From assembly GCA_003213715.1 (NCBI GenBank), contig QCMN01000003.1, positions 13,057-77,056 of the forward strand: 64,000 nt of DNA, given 5' to 3'. How positions within the stretch are numbered: the stretch's first letter is position 1; each line of letters begins with the position of its first letter. The DNA is from Pelagibacteraceae bacterium AG-422-B15 (lineage in GTDB: Bacteria; Pseudomonadota; Alphaproteobacteria; Pelagibacterales; AG-422-B15). Made by a program: the position numbers and the translations under genes. Positions 9,069-18,335 of the stretch are shown one piece after another. The notes below the pieces were generated by a model. That model worked only from the letters and a program-made list of their open reading frames with translations. It searched no databases and was not told the origin of the DNA.

Positions 9069-9205
9069 AAAACCCCATCTGCAGAGATGGGGTTTATTTT
9101 AGTTTTATTTCAAACATCTACGTCTTGTAGATTTTAGAATATTTTTGAAATGGTTGTGGACACCACCCCTTACAATGTTGGTGGCGTCAACTTTTTAACC
9201 TCCAC
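9066..9205 (-). ncRNA. Candidate structured small RNA (three hairpins)
   Basis: Minus-strand stems GACGCCACC/GGTGGTGTC (G-U only on minus), ATTTCAAA..ATCTAC/GTAGAT..TTTGAAAT, then the terminator with T-tract. No convincing ORF. Confidence 0.45.
9070..9095. terminator. Bidirectional intrinsic terminator
   Basis: AAACCCCATCT-GCAG-AGATGGGGTTT, with an A-run before and a T-rich run after. Confidence 0.85.
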
Positions 9206-9380
9206 ATTATCATCAACAAATAATATCAAGCACTCTCAAAATGTGAATTAAAAATGAAAAAAGCCTGAATACAGAAAGTATTTAAGCTTTTCATGATGAT
9301 AACGTGGATTGATGATCCTTCTGGATAATTCTTTATAAGAATCAATTAATATATTTGAAAAATATATTTACTATTAAAAA

Positions 9381-9554
9381 ATGACCCAGCAAAACTGCCA
9401 ATGGTGTAATACATCAATAATTCCAATTGATGTACATGGTCACTATCAATGCCCAAATTGCAAGATTAACATCGATCCTTGTTGCTCAGGTGAACAGAAT
9501 GATGATTATGATTCAACTTTGCAGTCTTGTAACACCAAACGCTTCGACGAATAA
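9381..9554 (+). CDS. Cys/His-rich zinc-ribbon-like microprotein (57 aa), not in ORF track
   Basis: MTQQNCQWCNTSIIPIDVHGHYQCPNCKINIDPCCSGEQNDDYDSTLQSCNTKRFDE; CxxC...HGH..CxxC...CC pattern. Confidence 0.75.
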   Translation: MTQQNCQWCNTSIIPIDVHGHYQCPNCKINIDPCCSGEQNDDYDSTLQSCNTKRFDE

Positions 9555-9559
9555 TTAAA

Positions 9560-9673
9560 TCAAAAAAAATACAAAAACAACATTAAAACCAAAAAGACAA
9601 TAAGTGCCATTAATGGAAAGGTGAGTATTCTATAAATAATTTGTAAGAACTGTTTAAAGCTAAACTGCTCCAT
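9560..9673 (-). CDS. Small membrane peptide (37 aa), not in ORF track
   Basis: MEQFSFKQFLQIIYRILTFPLMALIVFLVLMLFLYFF; starts 8 bp after the SDR stop. Confidence 0.45.
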   Translation of the reverse strand: MEQFSFKQFLQIIYRILTFPLMALIVFLVLMLFLYFF

Positions 9674-9681
9674 AGGATTAT

Positions 9682-10545
9682 TTAACTTAGAATAATGTCT
9701 TCGCCATCATCTTTGTTTACAAAGAAATCTGGAAATGGTTCAGCATCAGGAGTTGCAAGATATTCAGATAAATCCGTCTTACCAGCTTTCATCATCGTAC
9801 TGTCATCAACACACATGTTTCCAGTAAATTTTTTGGAATCCTGAGTAAGTATTACATATGCAGCATCGCCCATGATAGCAGGTGTTCTACATTTGCTTTT
9901 TCCTTGATCATCCATTGATGCGGCTAAAATATTGTTTACTGCGGCTGTATCAATCATAGTTCTTGGCCATAATGAGTTTACTGCAATGCCTGATGACTTT
10001 AATTCTTCTGACATTCCAAGTGTACACATACTCATTCCATATTTTGCCATAGTATAAGCTACATGCGGACTAAACCACTGGCTTTCCATATTTAAAGGTG
10101 GCCCTAGGTTTAATATGTGAGGATTGTTTCCTTTTTTTAAATGAGGAATACATGACTTTGAAACAAGAAACGTTCCTCTTGTATTGATGTTGTGCATTAA
10201 ATCATATCTTTTCATTTCTGTATTAACAGTAGGAGTTAAGCTAATTGCACTTGCATTGTTTACACAAATATCAATACCACCGAATGTTTCTACGGTTTTT
10301 TCAACAGCAGCAAGTACTTGATCTTCAAATCTTATATCTGTTTTTATACCAATTGCATTACCACCAGCCTTAATTAAATCTTCTGCAGCAGTAAAAATAG
10401 TACCAGGCAATGTTGGTTGCGGCTCAGTGGTTTTTGCAATGATAGCAATATTAGCACCATCTTTTGCAGCACGCTCAGCAATTGCGTATCCAATGCCTCT
10501 TGTGGCGCCAGTTATAAATAATGTTTTTCCTTTGAGATCAGTCAT
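9682..10545 (-). CDS. Short-chain dehydrogenase (HSDL2-like)
   Basis: ITGATRGIG, NNASAI, YTMAK and NSLWPRT motifs. Confidence 0.9.
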   Translation of the reverse strand: MTDLKGKTLFITGATRGIGYAIAERAAKDGANIAIIAKTTEPQPTLPGTIFTAAEDLIKAGGNAIGIKTDIRFEDQVLAAVEKTVETFGGIDICVNNASAISLTPTVNTEMKRYDLMHNINTRGTFLVSKSCIPHLKKGNNPHILNLGPPLNMESQWFSPHVAYTMAKYGMSMCTLGMSEELKSSGIAVNSLWPRTMIDTAAVNNILAASMDDQGKSKCRTPAIMGDAAYVILTQDSKKFTGNMCVDDSTMMKAGKTDLSEYLATPDAEPFPDFFVNKDDGEDIILS

Positions 10546-10572
10546 ATTAACTCCTTAAAAAGGTATAAAAAT

Positions 10573-10606
10573 TTGTCATAAAAGTTTCACTAAGATAGTC
10601 CATAAT
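10573..10606 (+). promoter_or_regulatory. PHO-box-like site plus -10 element upstream of the small-protein operon
   Basis: TTGTCAT-AAAA-GTTTCAC, 10-bp spacer, then CATAAT. Confidence 0.45.
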
Positions 10607-10628
10607 AATTTTATTTAAAGGAGTAAAT

Positions 10629-10955
10629 ATGGCTAAATTTTATATGATGGCGAAATATACCCCAGAAGCTTTAAAAGGATTTATGAGTAAACCATCAGAT
10701 GACAGAAAGGCGGCTTCGGCTAAATTAGTTGAGTCCGTTGGAGGCAGTCTTTTATCTTTTGACATAGTAAGAGGGGACTATGATCTTGTGATGGTAGTGG
10801 ACGCTATTGATTTTAATGCAGCGGCAGGTGCAAAAATAGCTGTTCAATCCACTGGCATGGTAACTGATGCAGTTATACTGGAAGCAGTAGATATGACGGA
10901 AATTGTTTCTAAAGCAGGAACAGCACTTGGCAACTATACTAAACCAGGAGCATAA
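10629..10955 (+). CDS. GYD domain protein
   Basis: YTPEALKG...R...LVESVGG...GDYD pattern; SD AAGGAG. Confidence 0.85.
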   Translation: MAKFYMMAKYTPEALKGFMSKPSDDRKAASAKLVESVGGSLLSFDIVRGDYDLVMVVDAIDFNAAAGAKIAVQSTGMVTDAVILEAVDMTEIVSKAGTALGNYTKPGA

Positions 10956-10956
10956 A

Positions 10957-11244
10957 ATGAGCACAGTTGTTACTGTTAAATTTTTTCCTAAACCGGAAAT
11001 GGTTCAAGAAATGAATAACTGGTTTAGAGAAAATTTATCCAATACGCAATCATATGAAGGCTGTCAGCTAATTAAAGGTGGGTATAACAAGGACACTCAA
11101 GAGGTTATCCTTTATGAAGTATGGGACAGTGTTGAGGCTCATCAAAAATATGTTAATTGGAGAATTGAGATTGGTGATATTCCAAAACTTGTTGAAATGT
11201 CAACTAAGGAACCTGATATCGTCTATCATGAAGAAATTTATTAA
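10957..11244 (+). CDS. Antibiotic biosynthesis monooxygenase (ABM) family protein
   Basis: TQSYEGC and LYEVWDSVEAHQKYVNWR motifs. ATG at 10957 with SD AGGAG. Confidence 0.85.
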   Translation: MSTVVTVKFFPKPEMVQEMNNWFRENLSNTQSYEGCQLIKGGYNKDTQEVILYEVWDSVEAHQKYVNWRIEIGDIPKLVEMSTKEPDIVYHEEIY

Positions 11245-11268
11245 ACAAAAAAATTAAAAAGGAAAAAA

Positions 11269-11649
11269 ATGGAAGCAAAAGAAGTAGTACAAAGAGGTTA
11301 TGACTTATTCGGATCTGGAGATATGGAAACATTCTTTGGTGAAATAGTTCATGACGAGATAACATGGACGTTTCCAGGAGAAGAAGGAAAACATCCATTA
11401 GCGGGTGTACATAAAGGAAAAGAAAATTTCATCGCGAATATGTCAAAAATTCCAGAGTATTGGGATAATTTTATGGTTACACCTCAAGCAATGATTAGTG
11501 AAGGTAACAAAGTATTCGCACTAGTAAAAGGAACTGCTGATGGTATGGATACTATGTTTGGTCATTACTTTGAAGTTGAAAACAATCAAATGAAAGTAAT
11601 GATGACTTTTGATGATACGCTTACAGCATTCAATGCAATGAAAGAATAG
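11269..11649 (+). CDS. SnoaL-like/NTF2-fold protein
   Basis: VVQRGYDLFGSGD, W..PG..HPLAG...GKE and ISEGNKV motifs. Confidence 0.85.
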   Translation: MEAKEVVQRGYDLFGSGDMETFFGEIVHDEITWTFPGEEGKHPLAGVHKGKENFIANMSKIPEYWDNFMVTPQAMISEGNKVFALVKGTADGMDTMFGHYFEVENNQMKVMMTFDDTLTAFNAMKE

Positions 11650-11658
11650 GGAGTAATT

Positions 11659-11943
11659 ATGAATAATTATATTGTAACACATACGTTCAAGTCTAAAGAG
11701 GCAAAAGAAGCCTTTGCCAAGGCTGGTGAAGGAATTTCTGAGGAAGAACAAATACAAAGCATGACAGGAGAGAATGCTGCGTGCCAAATGAGTTGGGAAA
11801 CTCCTGGAGATTCACTGACAATGTTTTGTTACTGGAAAGCAAAAAGTCCAGATGATGTTAACTCAATGCTTGCTGACTATAATGAGTTCTTTGAGCCACA
11901 TCAATTTGAATTAACAAATGAACCAATAAAGTTCACAGCATAA
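11659..11943 (+). CDS. Small hypothetical protein, probable dimeric alpha-beta barrel fold
   Basis: YIVTHTF...FCYWKAKSPDDV pattern; SD GGGAG. Confidence 0.7.
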   Translation: MNNYIVTHTFKSKEAKEAFAKAGEGISEEEQIQSMTGENAACQMSWETPGDSLTMFCYWKAKSPDDVNSMLADYNEFFEPHQFELTNEPIKFTA

Positions 11944-11959
11944 AATTAGGAGAAGTATT

Positions 11960-12253
11960 ATGTATGTAATGTTGACGCAAAAACTTTCTAAAGGTTTTGA
12001 GTCTTGGAAAGATATGGTTCATGAAAATGAACATAAACTAAAGGGCTTTAAAGGCAGAATTATATTTGCTGGATCTCATGCAGAAGATGATAATTCGATG
12101 GTAGTTATTATGCATTATGACGATAAGGAAGGACTTATGGCTTTTAAAAATGATGAAGAATTAACTAAAGCCAGACAAGAGGCAGGGGCCTTAACAGACA
12201 CAACTGTGATGACAGTTTTGACTGATGAAGCCATCTTAAATTTTCCAAGCTGA
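11960..12253 (+). CDS. DUF3764-like small protein
   Basis: FESWK and ARQEAGA..DTTV patterns; SD AGGAG. Confidence 0.65.
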   Translation: MYVMLTQKLSKGFESWKDMVHENEHKLKGFKGRIIFAGSHAEDDNSMVVIMHYDDKEGLMAFKNDEELTKARQEAGALTDTTVMTVLTDEAILNFPS

Positions 12254-12256
12254 ATT

Positions 12257-12484
12257 TTAATTGGCTGCAAGTTGAAAGGAATTATCTTCTCTGCAGCCAG
12301 TCCCAATCGATAAACCAATTTCTTTTATTTCGCTTTCTGAATATTTAGCCTCATCTAAATTATTTAAAACAGCCAAATTACGATCAATACAACTTTTGTG
12401 CGGTGAAGGAACAAGAGATGTAAAAAAAATGACAAAAACTAAAAGTGCGAATGCTAATGGAACTAAGCCGTATCTATTAATCAT
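12257..12484 (-). CDS. Hypothetical protein with N-terminal TM segment
   Basis: ATGA overlap with the DUF1192 stop; two Cys residues. Confidence 0.55.
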   Translation of the reverse strand: MINRYGLVPLAFALLVFVIFFTSLVPSPHKSCIDRNLAVLNNLDEAKYSESEIKEIGLSIGTGCREDNSFQLAAN

Positions 12485-12660
12485 TTTTTGAATAAACTCT
12501 CAGCATTTAGACGATCTTTTTCTTTAGATGAAATATAGTTTTCAGCTCTCTTAATTTCTACATTAAGTTCTATAATATATTCTTTAAGTTCTTCTATACT
12601 CAAAGTGTCAAAATCAATTTCTTTTGGCTTAATAATTGGCTCTAAATCATCTGTATCCAT
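12481..12660 (-). CDS. DUF1192 family protein
   Basis: MDTDDLEP...LSIEELKEYI..L..EIKR...AESLFK; start placed at the ATG at 12660. Confidence 0.85.
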   Translation of the reverse strand: MDTDDLEPIIKPKEIDFDTLSIEELKEYIIELNVEIKRAENYISSKEKDRLNAESLFKK

Positions 12661-12705
12661 CAAAGTTGAGTGTTTCATTTTTTTGGCAACTTGTTAAGAT
12701 TAAAT

Positions 12706-13809
12706 ATGGCAGAAGAAGTTCGTTTTTTTGATAACCGACAGAGATACCTATTGTTTGTTACAACCACAAATGAAAAAGCGGTAATAGCTGAAAAATTATC
12801 CCATTTGATTAACGAATTGAAACCAGTAAAACCTGCCCTTAAAATATTCGATGCTGGAGTAGGTGATGGAGCAGTGTTAATGAATGTGCTTCGAATTGCC
12901 CATCAAAAATTTCCAACTGTTCCTTTTTATGTTTCTTGTAAAGATGTAAGCATGGAAGATGCAAGAATAACCATTGAGAAATTAGCTGACAGATTTGTTG
13001 AGCATCCAAACATGGTTTTTACAATATCTAATTTACACTACTCTGAAGCTGGGTATCTCAAATCAAATAACGAGTCTAAGCAACAAAATATGAATTGGAA
13101 CAGTATTGCTCTAGATGGAAACTTTTCATTTGGATTTTATGAACAGTTAAGACAGTTGGGCCCACTTTTAAAAGAAAATTGGAGAGTTGAAGAAAATAAA
13201 CAGGGAAATACAACTTATGAAAACCCATCTGTAATTTGCATATATAGAAAAGACCATGAATTCACGCTTGATCAGATAATTCCAACTAAAAAAGAATCTA
13301 TTAACGAATTTGACTTAGTAATTGTCTCACAAGCATATCGTTCACGAGCAAGTGTTGAAAAAAAAGTTAATAATGTAATTAAGCCTATGGTTAATTTACT
13401 CGCCCCAAATGGAAAAATGGTTGCTTTTCACTCTTACGGAAATGATCCTGGTCTCAATGCAATTAATCAACTATGGCCAGATGAAAATCCATTTCCAAAT
13501 AAAGGTCATGACATTATTCAGTACATGAAAAATAATTTAGACAGTGAATTCAATAGCAAAATTCATTTCAGAGAACCTGAAATATTTGAATACAAACTAA
13601 GGTCACAGCCAAATGAGATAAACAGTGGCATTGCCACATCATTAGTATTTTCTGCATGGAATGCTTGTACATATGTTGCCCAAATAAGTGATCAAATGGT
13701 TAAGGAAAAGGAAGCAGATCAAAGTTATATTAAGTGCATTGAGGACATAATTCGTGATCATGACGGATTATGGTTTTATGACGAAATGCTTGTGGCTGAC
13801 AGAAAATAA
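12706..13809 (+). CDS. Conserved SAM-methyltransferase-like protein
   Basis: RFFDNRQRYLLFV and IFDAGVGDG (motif I-like). ATG at 12706. Confidence 0.75.
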   Translation: MAEEVRFFDNRQRYLLFVTTTNEKAVIAEKLSHLINELKPVKPALKIFDAGVGDGAVLMNVLRIAHQKFPTVPFYVSCKDVSMEDARITIEKLADRFVEHPNMVFTISNLHYSEAGYLKSNNESKQQNMNWNSIALDGNFSFGFYEQLRQLGPLLKENWRVEENKQGNTTYENPSVICIYRKDHEFTLDQIIPTKKESINEFDLVIVSQAYRSRASVEKKVNNVIKPMVNLLAPNGKMVAFHSYGNDPGLNAINQLWPDENPFPNKGHDIIQYMKNNLDSEFNSKIHFREPEIFEYKLRSQPNEINSGIATSLVFSAWNACTYVAQISDQMVKEKEADQSYIKCIEDIIRDHDGLWFYDEMLVADRK

Positions 13810-13846
13810 TTATTGAATTTCTCACAAGCAATTTATATCAAATAGT

Positions 13847-14365
13847 ATGTTATCATCTTTAATAGTAGGTGCAGGGTGCTTTTGGGGCGTTGAAGTCTTA
13901 TATGAACAAATGCCTGGTGTTATTGATGCAACCTCAGGTTATTCTGGTGGTCATTTAGATAATCCTAGATATGAAGACGTTTTAACTGGTGAGACAGGTC
14001 ATGTTGAAGTAGTCAAGATTGATTATGATACTAGCGAAGTTACTTTTAATGAATTAATTGATACATTTTTTATCATTCATGATCCCACAACCTTAAATCG
14101 TCAAGGTCCTGATATTGGTGAGCAATATAAATCTATACTTTTTTACAATAGCGAAGATGAAAAAGAAATTATTGAGAGTAAAATAAAAAAAATTGATTTA
14201 TCAGGCAAGTTTGAAAACCCAATAGTTACAGAAATTAGAGAAACAACAGAGTTTTATCCTGCAGAAGACTACCATCAAGATTATGCAGTAAAAACAGGCA
14301 AACTATGCTACCAGCAACTTTATGTTATGTATAATTATTCACCGATACCCATCTCAACACCCTAA
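13847..14365 (+). CDS. msrA: Peptide-methionine (S)-S-oxide reductase MsrA
   Basis: GCFWG, HDPTTLNRQGPD and FYPAEDYHQ motifs. Confidence 0.96.
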   Translation: MLSSLIVGAGCFWGVEVLYEQMPGVIDATSGYSGGHLDNPRYEDVLTGETGHVEVVKIDYDTSEVTFNELIDTFFIIHDPTTLNRQGPDIGEQYKSILFYNSEDEKEIIESKIKKIDLSGKFENPIVTEIRETTEFYPAEDYHQDYAVKTGKLCYQQLYVMYNYSPIPISTP

Positions 14366-14366
14366 A

Positions 14367-15251
14367 CTATTTTGATGAAAAAGTAGGCAGTTGAGGATTA
14401 CTTACTGTTGGAAGTACATACCTGCTTTTTGCAATATCTAAACAGTTTTCATTGTTGTGATTATAATAATTTGAACTTTTGAAATCTAAATGTTTCGCTT
14501 TATCATAAGTTTTATTAGATTGTACGCTGTACATTATATCCCCAGGTATTGATAGGTGCCCTCCAATGCCATCGTTGATCGTGCCTTCATCTTTAAAAAC
14601 TAGATGATCTTCTGCACACTGTGGTACGGCCCCCAAAACATGAAGAATTTCATGAAGAGCAGCTTTAGCAGTTTCATTAAATTCAGGTTTAAAACCACCA
14701 TTGTTTTCAATACATGAGCCACTTCTTTTTCCTGGGTAATAAAGAGCTGCCGTGTTGGCTGTTACACCCTCTGTTGCATAGCTTGGAAGTTGAGAAGACG
14801 CACAAACATCTCTGTTAGAGCCGCCATAGATGATGAAATAAACTTTTTTTGGATCATTAAAACCAAATCGACTTATTGCGGGTTGTAATACATTGACTGC
14901 CTGAATTCCATGTTTTGATATTTCATCATCATTTATGTCAAGTCTCAGAAAAGTAATGTCTATTTTATTATCATCTTTCCGATCAAATTTAAGATTCTGG
15001 CCATCTGCAAATAATCTATCTTTAGTTTTTGAATTAAACCATTTATCGATTTGATACATTAACATGCTTATTTTGCTATCAAGATCGTAGTCTTTATCAA
15101 CACCATCTTTTGGTAAAACATACATAACATGAATATTATAACCATCATCAACATCAGGAAGATCAGCGAAGTTTCTTCCTGGTTTTTCATCAGAAAACAC
15201 AGCTGAAGCTAAAAAAAAACTTATTATAATATAGCTAATAAATATACGCAT
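14367..15251 (-). CDS. Secreted putative zinc metallopeptidase
   Basis: Signal peptide and HEILHVLG (HExxH) motif. Confidence 0.7.
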   Translation of the reverse strand: MRIFISYIIISFFLASAVFSDEKPGRNFADLPDVDDGYNIHVMYVLPKDGVDKDYDLDSKISMLMYQIDKWFNSKTKDRLFADGQNLKFDRKDDNKIDITFLRLDINDDEISKHGIQAVNVLQPAISRFGFNDPKKVYFIIYGGSNRDVCASSQLPSYATEGVTANTAALYYPGKRSGSCIENNGGFKPEFNETAKAALHEILHVLGAVPQCAEDHLVFKDEGTINDGIGGHLSIPGDIMYSVQSNKTYDKAKHLDFKSSNYYNHNNENCLDIAKSRYVLPTVSNPQLPTFSSK

Positions 15252-15280
15252 ATTTTTAAATCTGATATTGTTTTTGTTTA

Positions 15281-16351
15281 ATGAGAAAGTTTATTACAAA
15301 TCCATATTTTAAAAAAGGACTTCCAGGTGATAATGGCACTGATCCTGTTAGTACAGATGTTGAGGCTGTAAAAAAGCTTTTGAGATTGTGCCCTAAAGCA
15401 GCTGAAACACCTTTAGTGAAATCAGCTAAATTAAGCAATGAACTAGGTATTAAAAAATTATGGTTTAAGGATGAAAGAGACCGAATGGGTCTTGGAAGCT
15501 TTAAAGCACTTGGCGCAGCATTTGTAATCGCAAGTGATGCAGCAAAACATTTAAAATCTTTTAGCAAGGACTCAAATTGGAGCTCAGCTCTAAATGGGAA
15601 AACTTATATATCAGCGAGTGCCGGTAATCATGGAATTTCTCTAGCGGCTGGTGCAAGAGTATTTGGAGCAAGAGCTGTAATATATTTATCTAAAAATGTT
15701 CCTTCAAGCTTTGCAGATAAAATTAAAAGTTTTGGCGCAGAAGTTGTTGTATACGGTAATGATTATGAAGAGAGTTTAGAGGGAGCAAAGCAAGAAGCTG
15801 AGAAAAACGGCTGGATGCTTTTGTCAGATGTGACTTGGGATGGATACGATCATGGCTTGCGAGTTATGCAAGGATACTTAGTTCTTGCAGATGAAGCGTG
15901 CGCAAGCTGCGATGAGCATCCAACACATATATTCTTACAAGCAGGAGTAGGCGGTTTCCCTGCATCTATTGCAACCTATATGAGAAAATATTTTGGCAAT
16001 GAGCCAAAAATAATAATTGTCGAACCTACGAAGGCACCAGTGTTGCTTGAGTCTATAAATAAGGGAGAAGCTGTAACTGTAACCGGCGGGGTTTCTAATA
16101 TGGGACGCTTAGATTGCAAAAGCCCTTCGACAAGGGCGCTATCATCGCTTGCAATTACTTGTACAAATTTCATGACAATCGAAGATGAAGATGCAGACAT
16201 TGCAGTGAAAGAGCTTAGACAAAATGATTTTGATACTTCACCTTCTGGTGGAGCTGGTTATGCCGCTATCAAAGAAGCAAAAAAATATCCAGAGTGTGGA
16301 ATTGACAAAAATAGTAAGATTTTAATTATTTTGACTGAAAAGCCGGCTTAA
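15281..16351 (+). CDS. PLP-dependent diaminopropionate ammonia-lyase family protein
   Basis: KDERDRMGLGSFKALG, ASAGNHG, QAGVGG and MGRLDC motifs. Confidence 0.85.
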   Translation: MRKFITNPYFKKGLPGDNGTDPVSTDVEAVKKLLRLCPKAAETPLVKSAKLSNELGIKKLWFKDERDRMGLGSFKALGAAFVIASDAAKHLKSFSKDSNWSSALNGKTYISASAGNHGISLAAGARVFGARAVIYLSKNVPSSFADKIKSFGAEVVVYGNDYEESLEGAKQEAEKNGWMLLSDVTWDGYDHGLRVMQGYLVLADEACASCDEHPTHIFLQAGVGGFPASIATYMRKYFGNEPKIIIVEPTKAPVLLESINKGEAVTVTGGVSNMGRLDCKSPSTRALSSLAITCTNFMTIEDEDADIAVKELRQNDFDTSPSGGAGYAAIKEAKKYPECGIDKNSKILIILTEKPA

Positions 16352-16396
16352 TTTTTATTATTGAAAATTATTCAAACATTATATTAAATTTAGCAA

Positions 16397-17581
16397 ATGA
16401 TAACAAAAAGTCTTCTCTCTAAAATCATAAAAACAGGGAACCTTACATGGGTAAAGCCGAATGGTGAAATTAACACTTACGGTGATGGTACAGGAGACCC
16501 CATAAAAATTAGAACTACAAATAACTTTTCAGAGATAAAACTACTAATGAACCCGTCAATTCATTTTGGTGAAAGTTATATGAATGGATCACTCGTAGTC
16601 GAAGAGGGGCGGATTCATGATTTTTTAAAATTAATTTTCTCAAATACAGAGGTTGATATTGATCATTGGGTAATGAAGTTATCAAAAATAGTTCGAGCCA
16701 TTTCAAATAAATTAACTACAAGCAATTATATGTCAAAATCAAAGAGAAATGTTGCTCATCATTATGATCTTTCTGATAAGCTTTATGAGCTTTTTTTAGA
16801 CCCTGATAGACAATATTCTTGTGCTTATTTTAATTCTCCAAATGACTCTTTGGAGCAGGCTCAAATCAATAAAAAAGAATTAATCTCAAAGAAGTTATTG
16901 CTTGAAGAAAATCAATCTGTTTTAGATATTGGATGCGGTTGGGGTGGAATGGCCTCGCATATTTATAAAAAATCAAACGCAAGTGTCGTAGGCGTAACTT
17001 TATCTGAAGAACAAATTGCATATGCTCAACAAAGAAAAGTTAGAGAGAAGTTGGATAAGGTTGAATACAGACTTCAGGATTACAGGAACGTAAATGAGAA
17101 ATATGATCGAATTGTATCTGTTGGCATGTTTGAGCACGTCGGTACAGCACACTACCAGGAATTTTTTAACAAAGTTTACGATCTATTAAACGATAGTGGA
17201 GTTGCGCTTATTCATACAATTGGTAGGCTGAATGAGCCTGGCAATACAGACCCGTGGATAGATAAATATATTTTTCCTGGAGGATATATTCCAGCGCTGA
17301 GTGAAACAGTTTCTAGAGTTGAGAAATCGGGTTTATCAATGACTGATGTACAGATATTAAAATTTCATTATGCGGAAACATTAAAAAGATGGAGATATAA
17401 TTTTTACGACAATATAGACAAGGTTAAAGAAATTTATGATGAAAAATTCTGCAGAATGTGGGATTTTTATTTATCTTCATCCCAGGCGTCGTTTGAGGAG
17501 TCCACGTTAGTTGTTTTTCAGTTACAATTATCTAAAAATAAAAAAACTGTTCCAGATAAAAGAGACTACATGATAACTTAG
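16397..17581 (+). CDS. cfa: Cyclopropane-fatty-acyl-phospholipid synthase family methyltransferase
   Basis: NVAHHYDL, YSCAYF, LDIGCGWG, SVGMFEHVG and YIFPGG motifs. Confidence 0.9.
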   Translation: MITKSLLSKIIKTGNLTWVKPNGEINTYGDGTGDPIKIRTTNNFSEIKLLMNPSIHFGESYMNGSLVVEEGRIHDFLKLIFSNTEVDIDHWVMKLSKIVRAISNKLTTSNYMSKSKRNVAHHYDLSDKLYELFLDPDRQYSCAYFNSPNDSLEQAQINKKELISKKLLLEENQSVLDIGCGWGGMASHIYKKSNASVVGVTLSEEQIAYAQQRKVREKLDKVEYRLQDYRNVNEKYDRIVSVGMFEHVGTAHYQEFFNKVYDLLNDSGVALIHTIGRLNEPGNTDPWIDKYIFPGGYIPALSETVSRVEKSGLSMTDVQILKFHYAETLKRWRYNFYDNIDKVKEIYDEKFCRMWDFYLSSSQASFEESTLVVFQLQLSKNKKTVPDKRDYMIT

Positions 17582-17600
17582 CCGTGTTTCCACGGCTAAG
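17577..17600. terminator. Hairpin between convergent genes
   Basis: CTTAGCCGTG-TTTC-CACGGCTAAG. Confidence 0.65.
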
Positions 17601-17608
17601 AAAACTTA

Positions 17609-18322
17609 TTAGTCTGTTAACATCACAGATATTCCTTGATCAATCATCTCAATATGAGGGTTCATGTTTCTAAATAACCAAAGCTGATTTTCCTCAAGTG
17701 CATAAATGTCAAGGGCTTTACCTAAATCAGTTAGGTTTGCGGCTGAAATGTATCCAACAGCATTAGCGGGCAATACATCTGCACCACATGTTGCGCAGTA
17801 TAATACATCTATGATTGCCGGCATTCCTTGTTCAGCCAATCTTTCCTGTAGTTTAGGAAAGTTTAGAGCAAAATTGATTCCATCCTTAATTTCCATGAAA
17901 GCATATGCAAATGAATTTCCTGCAGCTGGATTTTCGCCTAAAGATGAAGTGTTCGCAAAGGTCGCAGAAGAAATAATTATTCCACTATCTTCATCTGACA
18001 TTGCGCCATAAGTACTCTGTAATGGTTCAGGATTTTCAGTTAAAAGTTGTTGAGTAAACATCTGATCTTCGTAACTATCATAGTAACCATATACAAATGT
18101 TATATTAGAACCGTCGCCTCTAACTTTTTGTCCCATTCTAAATTGAGTATATTTAGCTCCTACAGCGGCTGCTTTTTCTCTATATTCTACAACTACCTTT
18201 GCTAGCTCGGCTGGATTGGCTCCTTCAATTGTCCAAACATCCATTATAAATGCCTTTGAAGGAAGTATACTTAGAGAAAATAAGCTAAAAGCCAATACCC
18301 ATATGTTGATAAATTTTTTCAT
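17609..18322 (-). CDS. Secreted hypothetical protein with CxxC (paralogue 2)
   Basis: Signal peptide; CATC; SD AAGGAG; similar to 18336-19052. Confidence 0.8.
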   Translation of the reverse strand: MKKFINIWVLAFSLFSLSILPSKAFIMDVWTIEGANPAELAKVVVEYREKAAAVGAKYTQFRMGQKVRGDGSNITFVYGYYDSYEDQMFTQQLLTENPEPLQSTYGAMSDEDSGIIISSATFANTSSLGENPAAGNSFAYAFMEIKDGINFALNFPKLQERLAEQGMPAIIDVLYCATCGADVLPANAVGYISAANLTDLGKALDIYALEENQLWLFRNMNPHIEMIDQGISVMLTD

Positions 18323-18335
18323 AAATTTCTCCTTT

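Noticed and set aside
9110-9175. Shared short words (GTAGATGT, AAGG.GGTGGT) between the 9.1-kb RNA candidate and the 60.9-kb peptide locus
   Set aside because: The matches are too short to support homology without an alignment.
9103-9190. Minus-strand frame ending HNHFKNILKSTRRRCLK
   Set aside because: No start codon after the upstream in-frame TAA, so it was treated as RNA structure instead.
9254-9294. Imperfect AT-rich hairpin
   Set aside because: It has a mismatch on either strand and no clear associated gene, so it is too weak to call.
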